From Rhizophagus irregularis (taxonomy: Eukaryota): a DNA stretch of 64,000 bases. Position 1 is the stretch's first letter. Every line of letters begins with the position of its first letter. The stretch is taken from assembly GCF_026210795.1 (NCBI RefSeq), contig NC_089431.1:4464001-4528000 (forward strand), in the 5' to 3' direction. Shown here in pieces: positions 1 through 11,914 of this stretch. Made by a program: the position numbers and the translations under genes. The notes under the pieces are model-generated. The model had not been told where the DNA came from. It saw nothing but the letters and a program-made list of their open reading frames with translations, and did no database searches.

Positions 1-90
1 CAATGTTATATATATTCGCTTACATAAATAAATAATGATATTCCTGCTAATTTAGATTATTCAAAAAAGTTAGCAGCAAGCTACCATGTT

Positions 91-202
91 TCTTTCTGTT
101 TATTTAAACCATATGATTTATCTTTCTGTTATTCTAAACCATATGATTTATCTTTCTGTTATTCTAAATCATATGATTTATCTTTCTGTTATTATAAACC
201 AT
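91..202. repeat. 30-bp minisatellite, about 3.7 copies
   Basis: Unit TCTTTCTGTTATTCTAAACCATATGATTTA recurs at 91, 121, 151 and 181 (last copy partial) with few mismatches. Confidence 0.9.
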
Positions 203-2135
203 TCTGTAATAAACAAAAAAGTTCATACATCCTCCTAATCGAGGGGTTGTAGTATTTTTATTTGATAAATGAAAAAACCTCCCTACATTCCAAGTATCTG
301 GTTACAAATAGAAATGTTTCATTAGAGACGTTTTGTAAATAATCAATAAACCTCACTTGCCCGGCTTTGTCAAAACCAGCAGCATATCTAAAATAAATGA
401 AATATTTTGTTAGGAATTTTTTTTAATAATTAGCAAAAAATAAAAATAAACAAATTCCTCACTTACTCACAGTCATAACAACCGGATTAATCAAAGCCAG
501 TATTCCAGGAGTATTTCATTAAATTTAAAATTCACCTTGGTGAACTTCCATGTGCTGATTTACATATTTTGAATAGTGATATTACGAGATGATCAGCAGA
601 TGCCAAGACAAATTCTTGAGTGGACATTCCCCTAAAAGCATTTGTTCTCGACATGATATTGTCCCGACATGAAATTTTCCCGAAATCAAAATCAAATTAT
701 TAAAAATGTAACTTTGGTTGAGTATATAGTATTTAACAATAAATAACACATTATAACTGGTAAATCGCAAATATTTAAATTTTAATTAGTTTTTTATTAT
801 TAACCCATTTATCAAATAATTCGATAGATTTTTTTCGTGCTGAAACGATGATCATATCGTGGAATGTATTAGATCATTTACAATCATATCTTGATTAGAT
901 TTACATTTTTAATCAAAAAAAAAAAACCGAAAAATACAAAAATAAAAAAGGAAATGATCTCCATTTTTGATCTTTTTCGTAAAAAAAATTATTTATTTTA
1001 TCTCTCTATATATCCAAACTTTTTATCAAAAAATTCATAAAATTCACTTCGTAAGTAATTAAAAAAAATATATAGAATCAAATGAATTTTTTCCTTAATT
1101 AATAATTTTTAATTATTCTTTAAACTTTTTTTTTTAAAAAAAGTGATTAATCTTAAAAAGGAAATCATTTTTTTTTATTTTAAACTAGTAAAAAAAGTTT
1201 TAAATTGATGAAAAAAGAAAAGATTGCAATAAAAAAATATTTGACTAATCTAAAAAGAAAAAAGAAATATTATTTATAATATTTCAAATTAAATAAATTA
1301 GACAATATTCCTAAACTGTAAATAGTGCTCCGTACGGGTTGGGTCAAACCCGGGTGATCGACCCGATCCGAATTTTTAAATCGAGTCGGGATTGCTGTTT
1401 TGCACATCTAAAATCTGTGACAGGTTACGCCGAAATGTGGCGCAACTGTCAAATGATCTGTCTAGCTGTACATAGTTGGGCACGCGATTTTGTGATCTGC
1501 CCAATAGCCATTCGCATGATCGTGTTGCTTTGATAAGCCCTATTATCTCCTTGTGAAATATTTTTTTTTTTGATTTTCTCACACACACTCTTTCCAGGAA
1601 GAACGATTAATTTTCCCTCAATTTAAATGTGGTAGTCTTTTATAAAATTACTTAAATACTCTTATATTAGCAGAGAAAAACTACTAAAAAACTATATACT
1701 TGATTTTAAAAAATTAAAGTTTATAAAAAGTTACACAACTTCGTGAAACAAGTATGGAAAGCGATAACAGTGAAGTGATAACACTACACAAGTAAGTCAA
1801 TTTTACACTAGTTTCGTTACTTTTGAATAGTTACTTTTCAAGATTTTAGAATAAGATTTGTATAAAAGAGAAAATAAAAAAAAAAAATTCCAGATTTTTG
1901 GGTTAACTTTATTTCGTGAAAATATAATATTTATATTGTTATATTATTTTAAATATTATTATATAGAATGTTGTGTACATTTGTTTTTTATAAGCTTTTT
2001 ATTAGAGTTTACCGTTTATTATATTTAATGTATTATCTTTACAATGCATTGTTACTATAATTATAAAGCATTATAAACATTCATTTTATCATTAAAGTAT
2101 TAATTATAAAGCATCAATTTTTTATTAATTTGCAG

Positions 2136-2583
2136 ATCTTTTCCTGGGAATCACTACCGGAAGAATTAAAACCTGTTCTTCCCCAGTATTACACGTATCT
2201 GATTCAAAATTTTGAAAATAAGCTATCATATCGAACATATGAAGGTTTTGAAGTTCCAAATTTTGAGTTGGACGCGTTTGTGAATATAAATAATGAAGAA
2301 ACAGCATCTGAGTGGATTAAAACATTCAATCACATTCAAAGACAACGATGGCACAAACAAGGGGCTATAAATCAAAGGAAATCGAGTTATATTTTGAGAA
2401 ATATATCATTGCATTCACAGTCATGATGTAAAAAAAAAACAGGGTAAAGTTGAGGTGAAACGTTCTCAATCATCCCGGGCAAGAGATACATCCTGCACCG
2501 CAACTATCCATATTCGGTTAGAGCGTAAACGACTCCTATTCACCCATCCCTTAGAAATTAACTTGAAATATACTCACAATCAT
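2136..2583 (+). pseudogene. Frameshifted N-terminal fragment of a MULE/SWIM-type transposase (FAR1/WRKY-GCM1-like Zn-binding DNA-binding domain)
   Basis: Across frameshifts it reads ...IYHCIHSHDVKKKQG...ARDTSCTATIHIRL...INLKYTHNH, a C...C...HxH pattern typical of Mutator-associated DNA-binding domains. No DDE domain follows. Confidence 0.55.
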
Positions 2584-3757
2584 GTCACTGCATCTGATAT
2601 TTATAGTATTGCAATTCTTATGTGGGAAATTTCATCTGGACAACCACCATTTATAAATTATGAACATGAAAATGATATTGTAATGAATGTTATTAACGAT
2701 ATAAGACCAAAAATTGTGCCAGGAACTCCATTAGAATATAAAAATTTAATGAAAGAATGTTGGGATGCTGTTCCATTAAAAAGACCTGACGTTTATGCAC
2801 TTGAGAAAAGAATGAGAAGAATTAACTTAGATTATCAAAATATGACAGATGAATTATTCAAATCAGAAATGGATGAATAAAGTAGAAGAAAATTATACGA
2901 GTAGCAGATTATTTACAAGTAAAATTCACAACTTTGAAAATCTACCTGAACCAAGAAATGCAACAGAAGGTATAAATAAGTGTATAATATTTTATTAGCG
3001 AATGTATTTATTTTAAAACATATTATTAATGTTGTCTTTTATTATAATAGAAGAACAAGAAGGTATAACTGTATAAATAATAATTTCTACCATTTTATTT
3101 GGCTACTAAAATAATTTACTTTATATTACTACTAATAGCGTTTCATAGTAAATTGTATAAATTGTATGATTTTAACATTCCTAACGATAGTAAGTATTTA
3201 TTAACATTACAGCGTGATTTTAATAAATCAAATGAGCAGAATAGTTCAAAAGTAATTACTACTTTTGAATGTAATATATTTTAATTGTCAATCAAGATTG
3301 AATTTTTATATTAAATCAATATCTTAAATTTTAGATAGTAATGAAAAATTATCTAAATTATTTAAAAAGTTGCAAATAAATTCAAATGGTAAGAATAGTA
3401 ATAAATTACTAACAAATAAAGTTTCATTATTTATTAAACGTGACTTTTATTTAAATTTAGATGATGAAAAAGAAATAACTCAACAACAAATAAAAAAGAA
3501 AAGTATTAATGTCGATGGTAAGTGAAAATTTTACGTAATAACAAATAATTTTTATACCATTTTAATTCTATTTATTTTTTTTTTCTCCTTATAGATGATG
3601 ACGAAGTATATAATAATCCAAATTTTCATTCAAAAGAGCAAGATGAACTGGAAATTCCTGATGGTAAGCTCTTAAATTAAATTAGGAAAATAAATTTCTT
3701 TATAAGGCAAATAATTAATTTATAATTTGTTATTTTTTAACTTTAGATGGATTTTAA
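2584..3757 (+). pseudogene. C-terminal half of a tyrosine-kinase-like protein kinase with a multi-microexon tail
   Basis: Subdomains IX-XI: ASDIYSIAILMWEISSGQPPF...RPKIVPGTPLEYKNLMKECWDAVPLKRP. Frameshift/stop near 2878, then SSRLFTSKIHNFENLPEPRNATE and short GT-AG bounded exons (e.g. 3051-3062, 3139-3189) ending DGF* at 3757. N-lobe and catalytic loop are absent. Confidence 0.85.
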
Positions 3758-4335
3758 ATTATTTAAATAACAATTTTTTTATTTTATATCTTAAATTATT
3801 ATCATTATTTATTTATTTTGAATTATTTAAACACTAAGACTAGAATAGTAAATGTTTTACAAAATTCTTAGTTTGTAATTTAAATAATTTTAATAAATTT
3901 ATTCAAATTATTAAATGACCTCATGTGCACACGTTCTATATTAAAAAATTTGTTTTTAATTTTTTACAATAACCTCTTGTTAATTCCATAAAATTTATTA
4001 TGTATTTGCACTAATATATAATAAAATACATAATTCTCATAATAATTAATAAAAAACTTTTATTGTAAATTACTTGATGCATCAAAATTCTTTTTCTATA
4101 ACATAAAAGTAGGAACTCAAACAGCCTTAAGGTTAAGCTGTTTCAAGAAAAAGAACTTTAACGTATTAGTTAGCATCTAATTTAAAATATACAATTAAAT
4201 TAAGGTAAATTATAAAACTATTTAACTAAACGAATTAGATAAGCATGATATTGTCACTTATTTTTTATATCTAAAAATAGTTAAAATGTTCGTTGTTTAA
4301 TCTACTAAATTTTTTTTTTTTGGATCATAATTTTA

Positions 4336-4508
4336 GGGCAACGCTAATTTGATTTTTCGGTTCGCGTAGCATTGAAATTTGAAAAAAAATTTCAATTTTA
4401 AAAAAGTTCACCCGGCAAATTTTATAATAAACAATGCTATAAAATTTTTTTCGAAGTTTTGCAAAAATTGACATGACCAGGTGACGTGAAATCAAATTTG
4501 TGTGGCCT
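4336..4508. mobile_element. MITE, about 173 bp, TA/TTA target duplication (PIF/Harbinger- or Tc1-like)
   Basis: Imperfect TIRs GGGCAACGCTAATTTGATTT / AAATCAAATTTGTGTGGCCT. The paralogous flank at ~16011 has the empty site TTTAGATCAT. Confidence 0.8.
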
Positions 4509-5141
4509 TAGATCATCCGGGCTTCGAAAGATCGAGATTAACCTTCCAAGAAATTTTGATTCAAGAATTATTTCGAATCAAAATGTCGAATTAATTTTAA
4601 AATGGATAATTATAAAGTTACAAAATCATAAAAATTAAAATCTTTGAAACCAAGTTTTTAAAATTAAGTTCTTTGTTTGGTTCAGATTAATGCTTCGTGA
4701 TCTCGTGATGGATTTAATCCTGATGTAACAATTTTTGTTTTAAATCACATGGCAAGTGAAAATATAATAATTTGTTTTTACCAGCTTGGAAGCAATTGTT
4801 TTAATTATTGTTTTTTCAGGGGATAAACCGACTAGAGAAACTGATGATAGAAGGATATGTAGTAAATTATAAGGTATTGACATCAATTTATGCGCTTCAT
4901 TTCATTTTTATTTTATTATTTTATTTATTTATTTATTTATTTTAGAAAAAATTAATTAAAGATAAAAGTAGAACGTAAACTTCGGCTTATACTGTATGTC
5001 AAGTGGTATATTGGTTTTAATTTACGCTTCGAAATTTATCAAGCTAAACTTTTTAGTAATAGAAATTAGACTAAGGATGTAAAAGAAGAAAAGAATATAC
5101 AAATAAGTCAAAACAAAATATTATTAAACAAAAATATATAA

Positions 5142-6730
5142 CTAAATATTAATCTGAAATACTTCATAGTCTTCTATAAAAAACTTATCTTCAGATTTTC
5201 TGATAGGTTTTTCATAGGATGACTTTTTACAATAACACTTATTAGCTCTTTTACCATCAATTATAAAGCAAGTTGCTCCTAATAATGTAAGATCACCTTC
5301 ACCAAATGATGGACACAATTTCTTTGAAAAATTTATGGCATGCTCTTTATCTTTTACTCTACTTAGAAGATAATTTTCAATACTTTCACTATTAGCAAAA
5401 GAAAATATAAAACTATCGTTAGTAACGCCAAAGTTCTCGGACTTCCATTCAATCGGATTATACCCTCCAAGAATTTCATCACTGTCTTTTACTTTAAAAA
5501 TTGATATAGTATGAGATTTGTCATCGCAATTTTTATGAAATCTATAACCTTTAAACCCATCCCGAGTTGCACGATAAATCAATTTAAATTCGTACAAATT
5601 TTTTGCCTTATCTGTAATTTCTAATATATCAATCCATTTTGAGATTAATTCAGCATGTTGTGTTGTAATAATTATCGAATCTATATTTATTGAATCAACA
5701 TTTGAAATTGATTCAATCTGTTTGTTTGAGTTGACACTCTCTGAACTGATTGTTTGGATCGTTTGAAGTGCGGCTGGCCTATAATCATGATTCAAAAAAA
5801 ATTTCAATGATTCCTTATATAATTCCTTTGGTAAAATTTTCTTATAAGGTAAAACTTTATCCATAAATTCTTTAGAAGACAAAGTAAAGAATTTAATAAA
5901 AGGAATACATTTGTGTATGGTATTCTTTAAAATATCGAAATCATCTTTTGAAAAGTTGGCAGGATCAGAAGGGAGTTCAGGATTTTGAGCGAGTCCCCAT
6001 TTAAGAACATTTTCCCAGACTTGAATTTCATTCATTTGAAGATTATCATGTCGAAGAAAAGAAATCAAAGTTTTCTCTGAAATTGAAGTAAAATCGAGTG
6101 AATTAAAAAAATTTTCCGGCTGTTTAGAAATTATTTCAGTACAAAACTTTTGAAGTTCTAAGAAAGAATCACTCTCAAAGCTAGTTTGATACATTAGAAC
6201 AAAATTTTGTTCAATCCAGTTTGCTTGGTTATCAATCAAAAATGATTGCGAATGGGGTATTAGTTCCTGAAGACTTAGTTCATTGGCAGCAACCATGATT
6301 TTAACAATATACGAAGCATCAAATTCTTCCAAAGAAAGTTTTCCTCCATAAATATATCTAATAAAAAAAGAAAAATTATTTTTTTATGAAATAGTTGAAA
6401 TAGTTACAATATATATATTTATATATGATAATTATATATTAAAATGAATATTTAAAATTTAATCCGTACTTACTTTAAAATTATTTGAAAAATTTCAGGT
6501 GAAATATTTGGTAATTTAATATGCGTTAACGTTCCATCATTCTTCTTTTTATTTGTTGACAAAATTCTTCTCAAATAAGGGGAACGATAATTTAAAATAA
6601 CCATGTGAGAACGAAATATTTGAACATAAGGGTCATTACCAACTTCTATTGTAACATCATAATATTCTTCATCACCTAAAATTTCGAGTAAATTTTGTGA
6701 TAATATTGGTAAAAATTTATTATCCGACAT
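5142..6730 (-). CDS. BTB/POZ-BACK-TLDc protein, copy 1 (exons 6730-6474, 6357-5142)
   Basis: BTB motif YDVTIEVG...FRSHMVILNYRSPY; phase-2 GT-AG intron before YIYGG; BACK-like EIQVWENVLKWG; TLDc FKLIYRATRDGF, ILGGYNP, SFIFSF, PSFG, EDYEVF. Confidence 0.92.
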
Positions 6731-6942
6731 AATGAATGAAATGGAAAATAAAGTTTTTTTTGCAGATCGACAGATCGTATCCGAATGTTTTGAATTTATA
6801 GTGTTACCTGCATCACGTGCTGTTACACAAACTTTTTTGTCCGAATTAAAAAATTAGAATACAGCATTTGTATAGTATATAGTACCAATTCTCATCCTAC
6901 TATTTACTTTACATTATAATGTATTAAGTCAAGGGATTCCTA

Positions 6943-7130
6943 CTCTATAAAAAATTTTATCCGTTATTTCTGTAAAAACTCCGTAAAAATGAGCCTTTCA
7001 CAGATCCATTCACGGAAATAAAATGTAAATAATTCGATAAATTCCGTGCTATAAGGTTATTAATTCCGGAAAGATGAGCTTTTACGGAAAAAGATGGAAT
7101 ATAAAAAACGGATCGACTTTTTTTACAGGG
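6943..7130. mobile_element. MITE of a CCCTRTAAAAAA-ended family, 3-bp TSD (CTA)
   Basis: Left end CTCTATAAAAAATTTTATCCGTT, right end reverse complement CCCTGTAAAAAAAGTCGATCCGTT; CTA on both flanks; same end type as 34450-34681. Confidence 0.6.
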
Positions 7131-9556
7131 CTATAAAAAAGGAACATTTAGAAAACATACATAAATAAATGTAAAATATGCAACATACATAAAATGTCTA
7201 TAGAATCTATAGAATGTTCCATAAATATATAGGAAATATACAAAAATGGATTACTGTATACAAACGTACAAAAAATATACATTAACATTGATACTGTCAC
7301 TTTTGGGTTTCGGGTACCATTGCAATTTACCATTGCATTGTAAACGGCTTATGAGAATAACTGGCCCATTTACTGTTATATGAAATAGGTATATATGAAG
7401 ACATTCAAATCCTCAACACTAAATTTGTTAAAAAGCATAATTATTCCATCACATAAATTTTCTACACGGTAATTTCCTAATAGTATCTTAAAATTATTAA
7501 TTGAATCATTTACATAACGAGATTTCTTGATACCGTCACATTTTCCATCCTGGGAATATTGTAATCAGCTTTCTTTTTCCTTGATATGGCATCGACTTTC
7601 GTCAACATTTCTATTTTCTAAATTATCTAATTTCTCCATATTTCGGGATTTTTCACATACAATGCGAAAGTAGTTATTTATTTTATTATTTTTCACAATA
7701 CTAATTGTAGCATGTATTAATGTATTCATCATAGTAAATACATTACATCAACATCAATAATTGTTAATTTATAGTAGTCAGCAAATACATTTTTCGGAAT
7801 CTTTTATTGAATATGTAAATACAGTATATAATTTTTAACATACAGTATATCTAATCATTAAATATAACGATATTGGTGATTTTAATGAAATGAGCGTTGC
7901 TAAATTCTTTATTTGAAATAGTCTGTTCAATTATACTTTTATTTACGCAACAAATCTTGGTTTTAAAAGCTGCGTAAATTTCGAATTCAATAATTGGAGA
8001 ATGTAATCGCGAAGAAGAGTAATTGGATATGAGTGAAAATTAGTGGCACATTTCATTTTCTAATCAGTAAAATAATAGTTTGTAAGCGCTATTTTTAGAT
8101 TAGGTACGTAGTTTCAGGACTCGGACAGACATGTAATGTCGGTATAAACGACCAAATTTCGTTTTAAGTGCACTTGAATTTTTTTTGCAATTATTTTTCT
8201 AACGACCGGTTTTCAAAACTTTTTTGCCATGACTGTCATGACTTTTCAATTCATAATAAAATCGAGCATATATAATGTTCATTAATTTCTTACCCAATAA
8301 AATTTATGATAGTGCAAACAAGGTACATGAATTAACATAAAGATTTTACATATTTTTAAAAAAATGAAATCATGATAACTAGTTTTATGAAAGTCAGTTT
8401 TTTATAATCAAGGGATAAAGTTAATTGTTCTTAGGTACAAAACTATATTACAATTATTCACCTTTTTTATACATAAAAAAAAAAGATATTAAATAGGTGA
8501 AAGTTAAAACCGTAATTCTTTTTTAAAGCAATAGGAAATTCAAGTATAATTTTTTTTTTTTGCTTGTATTATTTTGTTATATTTTTGTCTATTAATCTAA
8601 TGTTATATTAAAATCAATAAATTGTATATCGTAATGTTCCCTAATGTGATATTTATAAACACTATTTTTCGATGCCGCTGTATTTGAGGTATATTTGATT
8701 TGTTTTATAATTAAGGCTTTGAAATAAGTGAGAATCATCATTTGATATGTAGAGCATTAATTCTGCAATTGAACTTACTGTTACTTGTTACTGTATAATC
8801 TTCGATCATTATTTAACTACTTGGAACTAACGGTAAAATGGCTAAGAGATTTAATGATTTCACGTTGTAACATTTTTGTATTAGTTTTGAAGCAGAGCGA
8901 ATTTAAACCGAGAAACCTAAAATTTTCTATTTATATTGTTGCCAAGAATGAAGTGGAGTCCAGGTAACAAATACTAACAAAATTTTTTATAATTCTAAAT
9001 ACACCATCATTCAAAAAGTAATCTGTAATATTCATCATTTATAAATGGTCAATTTTATCGAAGCATATTAGAAAAAGACAAAAAAATTGCGCTAAATAAT
9101 ATATGAAATTAAAATATTATTCACCATAAACTGAGCTTTATGAATGATTTGGGATGTTCTCAACCATCCTTTTTTTTATAGAGCTGCGCTGACTGGCTAA
9201 AATTTATCATCAACCCTTGTACACACTCTTTACACCATGAATTTCCCGAGATTACTTCAAGAGATCAGGCATTACTAGCTGATTTCTATTGAAAAAGTGC
9301 TCGAGAGCTCTTGATCGGTTCAATTATTTATGAAATTCAACATCACGGCCAAACAGACATCTTATCCGAAAATGTATCGCGAGTAATTCATTATTAAAAG
9401 TTAATACTGTACATGATAACATTAATTTATTTCTAAAACATTATTTAATTTTTAAATAACAAAATTTTAAATTGATAGAATTATTATTGAACATTGACGA
9501 AGCAAAATATTTATTTAAATTGTAAATGAGGAAAAAAAAGTTCAAAGTATCAACCT

Positions 9557-11229
9557 TCAATTCTTCAATTTAGTATTAAAACCAAGCTCTAAAGCTTTTC
9601 CTGCCGAATATTCAGCCAACTCTCGGGAGCTGATTCCATAAATGCTGTTACGGATGATCGGCCGAATCTCCGAGACGAAAAAATTGATCGGGACTACACT
9701 TGTTTCAAGATCCATTATCTCAATGTCTAATAAATCACGGTCACCTTCTGCTTCGCGAATACTTTCGATATTTTGCTCAATACCTGCAAGTAAGCTTCCT
9801 ACAATGGTACGATATGAAGTGGAGACTGCGGTACCTTGCACCTGTTGGCTGGCCAACCCGGCTAAAGATTCTAACCTTTTAATCGGAGAGAGAATTAAAA
9901 TTATTTGAATGTAAATAATGGAATTGAATTTTGGAAATCTTACAATAAACAAGTCGAGTTAATTGACGGATTGCCATATTTTCTCAATATCTGGAGGATT
10001 TCTTTCTCAAAATTATCTACTTCTTTTTCCTTCCTCGCAATTTGTTCATCTATATTGCTGAGTCGCGTCTCCTTAGTAATTTTTGCTCTCTCGACTCTCT
10101 TTTTTGCCAATTTTAACGTTTCCGTTAGAGATGCGAGCTCTTTCTTACATATTGATTCATATATTTTTTTTTGATCTTCTTGACAGTCAATTTCAGATAT
10201 TTCTTGTTTGACAATCATTTTTTGCTTCCGTAAAACTGCCAACATATGAAATTTATTATTAGAGTCTAAGTTTATTTATGAAAAATCTTGATATAATTAT
10301 AAGTTTCAAACCATCAAGATTGTTATTCATGAAATGGAAAAAATTTCTGATTTTGGTTGCAGACTCAAGAGCTTGTCTTTCAAGAATATCCCGATGCTCT
10401 TGGAGTATTTTCTTCTCTTTCTGAAGATCATTCTTCAGGTACTCATGATCCGTCAATTGTGATTGATAGAATTCCATTTCACCAATAATTTTGGCCACTT
10501 CTTCATATCCCATAATATCCTCCATGAATATTCTTTGCCTTTCATTTTCAAGATTTTCTAGTTCTTTCTTACACTGAGCTTGTTCATTAACCCAATCTGG
10601 GATAGCTTTGGAACCCGAGATATTCATAAAAACAACAAGATTATTCTTGAGCGTTGAAACCTTTTGAGTGTCAAGCTCACATGTCTTGTATAAAAGGATT
10701 TTTAACCTTTTCTCGGGAGTTTCTATGCAATGGAGAAACTTATCAAGAGGTTTATTCTGAAATTTCTCATTTTTGGCGAATTTTACGAATTTTGCAATTC
10801 CCTTGGAAAGTTGTTCCATAATGCCAGTAATTTCTATCAAATTATTTCGAATGTTTACACTCTCAACGAGAATATCGGAAAGTTGTTGAGGAATTTGTTT
10901 ACTGTTAAGAAATAAATAAAGTATTATATAAACGAACAAACGTTAAAAGGACTAATTGACAAATGAATAACTAACATTTCTTCAGATAAATTTTTTCCGT
11001 CTTCTTCCACGAAGGCAGTATGAGAATGAACGAAAAAACAAGTTCTTATAACATTCATTTGGCTCACAACCAAATCATACATCGGGTTAATCAAGCTAAA
11101 TTTTTTTACATTGGCATTAAAAGGGTTTTGATAGGGAATTTCGACCTTGGTATCTTGAGATTCTTGTTGAATTTTCAACTTCTTTTCAAACTTTTGAATA
11201 AGTTGGTCATTTTCATTATTTTCATCCAT
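9557..11229 (-). CDS. Four-exon coiled-coil-rich protein of unknown function, about 484 aa
   Basis: Exons 11229-10976, 10901-10312, 10235-9944 and 9875-9557 join through GT-AG introns in frame (1455 nt, 485 codons), linking four ORF-track pieces. Long E/K/Q-rich heptad segments. Confidence 0.75.
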
Positions 11230-11914
11230 GGGAACAAAAAAATGAACTTTAAATGAAACTGAAAGCTTTGGCCAAGGAAAAAGAACCAAATCCTACTTTT
11301 ATAAAATTGAGACAAAACGGGCGTATTCACATGTGGATTTTTTTAATTGATATACTAAACTATGGCGGATAAAATTATTGGAATGAATTACACAAATTTG
11401 AATTGTGGTTTGCTGACTTATTTATTTAAAGAAATGGGTATTCCCGACTTTTTAAAAAAGAAAAAAAAAATTGTATGAGCGTTATTAAATATCTATTTTT
11501 TTATAAGATGTAATTATTATATAAAAATTGATTTATTTATTACCAATAAGTTATTAATAAGCAATTACATATTTTTTTTATATATTACCCGTCCAATTTT
11601 TTAACTTTAAATGGAAAAACTTTTGTGTGACTACATGTATATTCTATTAATTCAGGTATTGTATTTTTTTTTTCTTTTAAAAAAAGGTCATAAAAAAAAA
11701 ATCTTGTGGCGAAAAGAAAATTTATAATTAATAATTTTCATGATAATTTATCATAGTAATTACTGTTTACCATTATCACGTTCATGTTTTATCATTTCCA
11801 TCATTTTCACCAGATTCATTACGTATCATGTTCATCATTTCACCACTTTTTTTTTGTCATTTTATTACTTTATTAGGAAATTAAGAAAATTACAAAAGAT
11901 CTACATTATATAAC

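Larger units (their letters stand above)
4290..6840. repeat. Segmental duplicate of ~15970-18510 (BTB-TLDc gene plus flanks)
   Basis: Gene and ~850 bp of downstream flank align, e.g. GTGATCTCGTGAT, GCTTGGAAGCAATTGTTTTAATTATTG and AAAGTAGAACGTAAA occur in both copies. Confidence 0.85.

Noticed and set aside
200..770. Possible degraded minus-strand gene and 62-aa ORF
   Set aside because: Stops in all frames and no recognisable motif.
1323..1600. GC-richer stretch starting TAGTGCTCCGTACGGG, possible transposon end
   Set aside because: No partner TIR found in the window; the overlapping ORFs have no motifs.
7150..7850. Possible decayed coding sequence
   Set aside because: No family could be assigned; multiple stops.
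9642..11256. Several plus-strand ORFs
   Set aside because: Antisense shadows of the spliced minus-strand gene.
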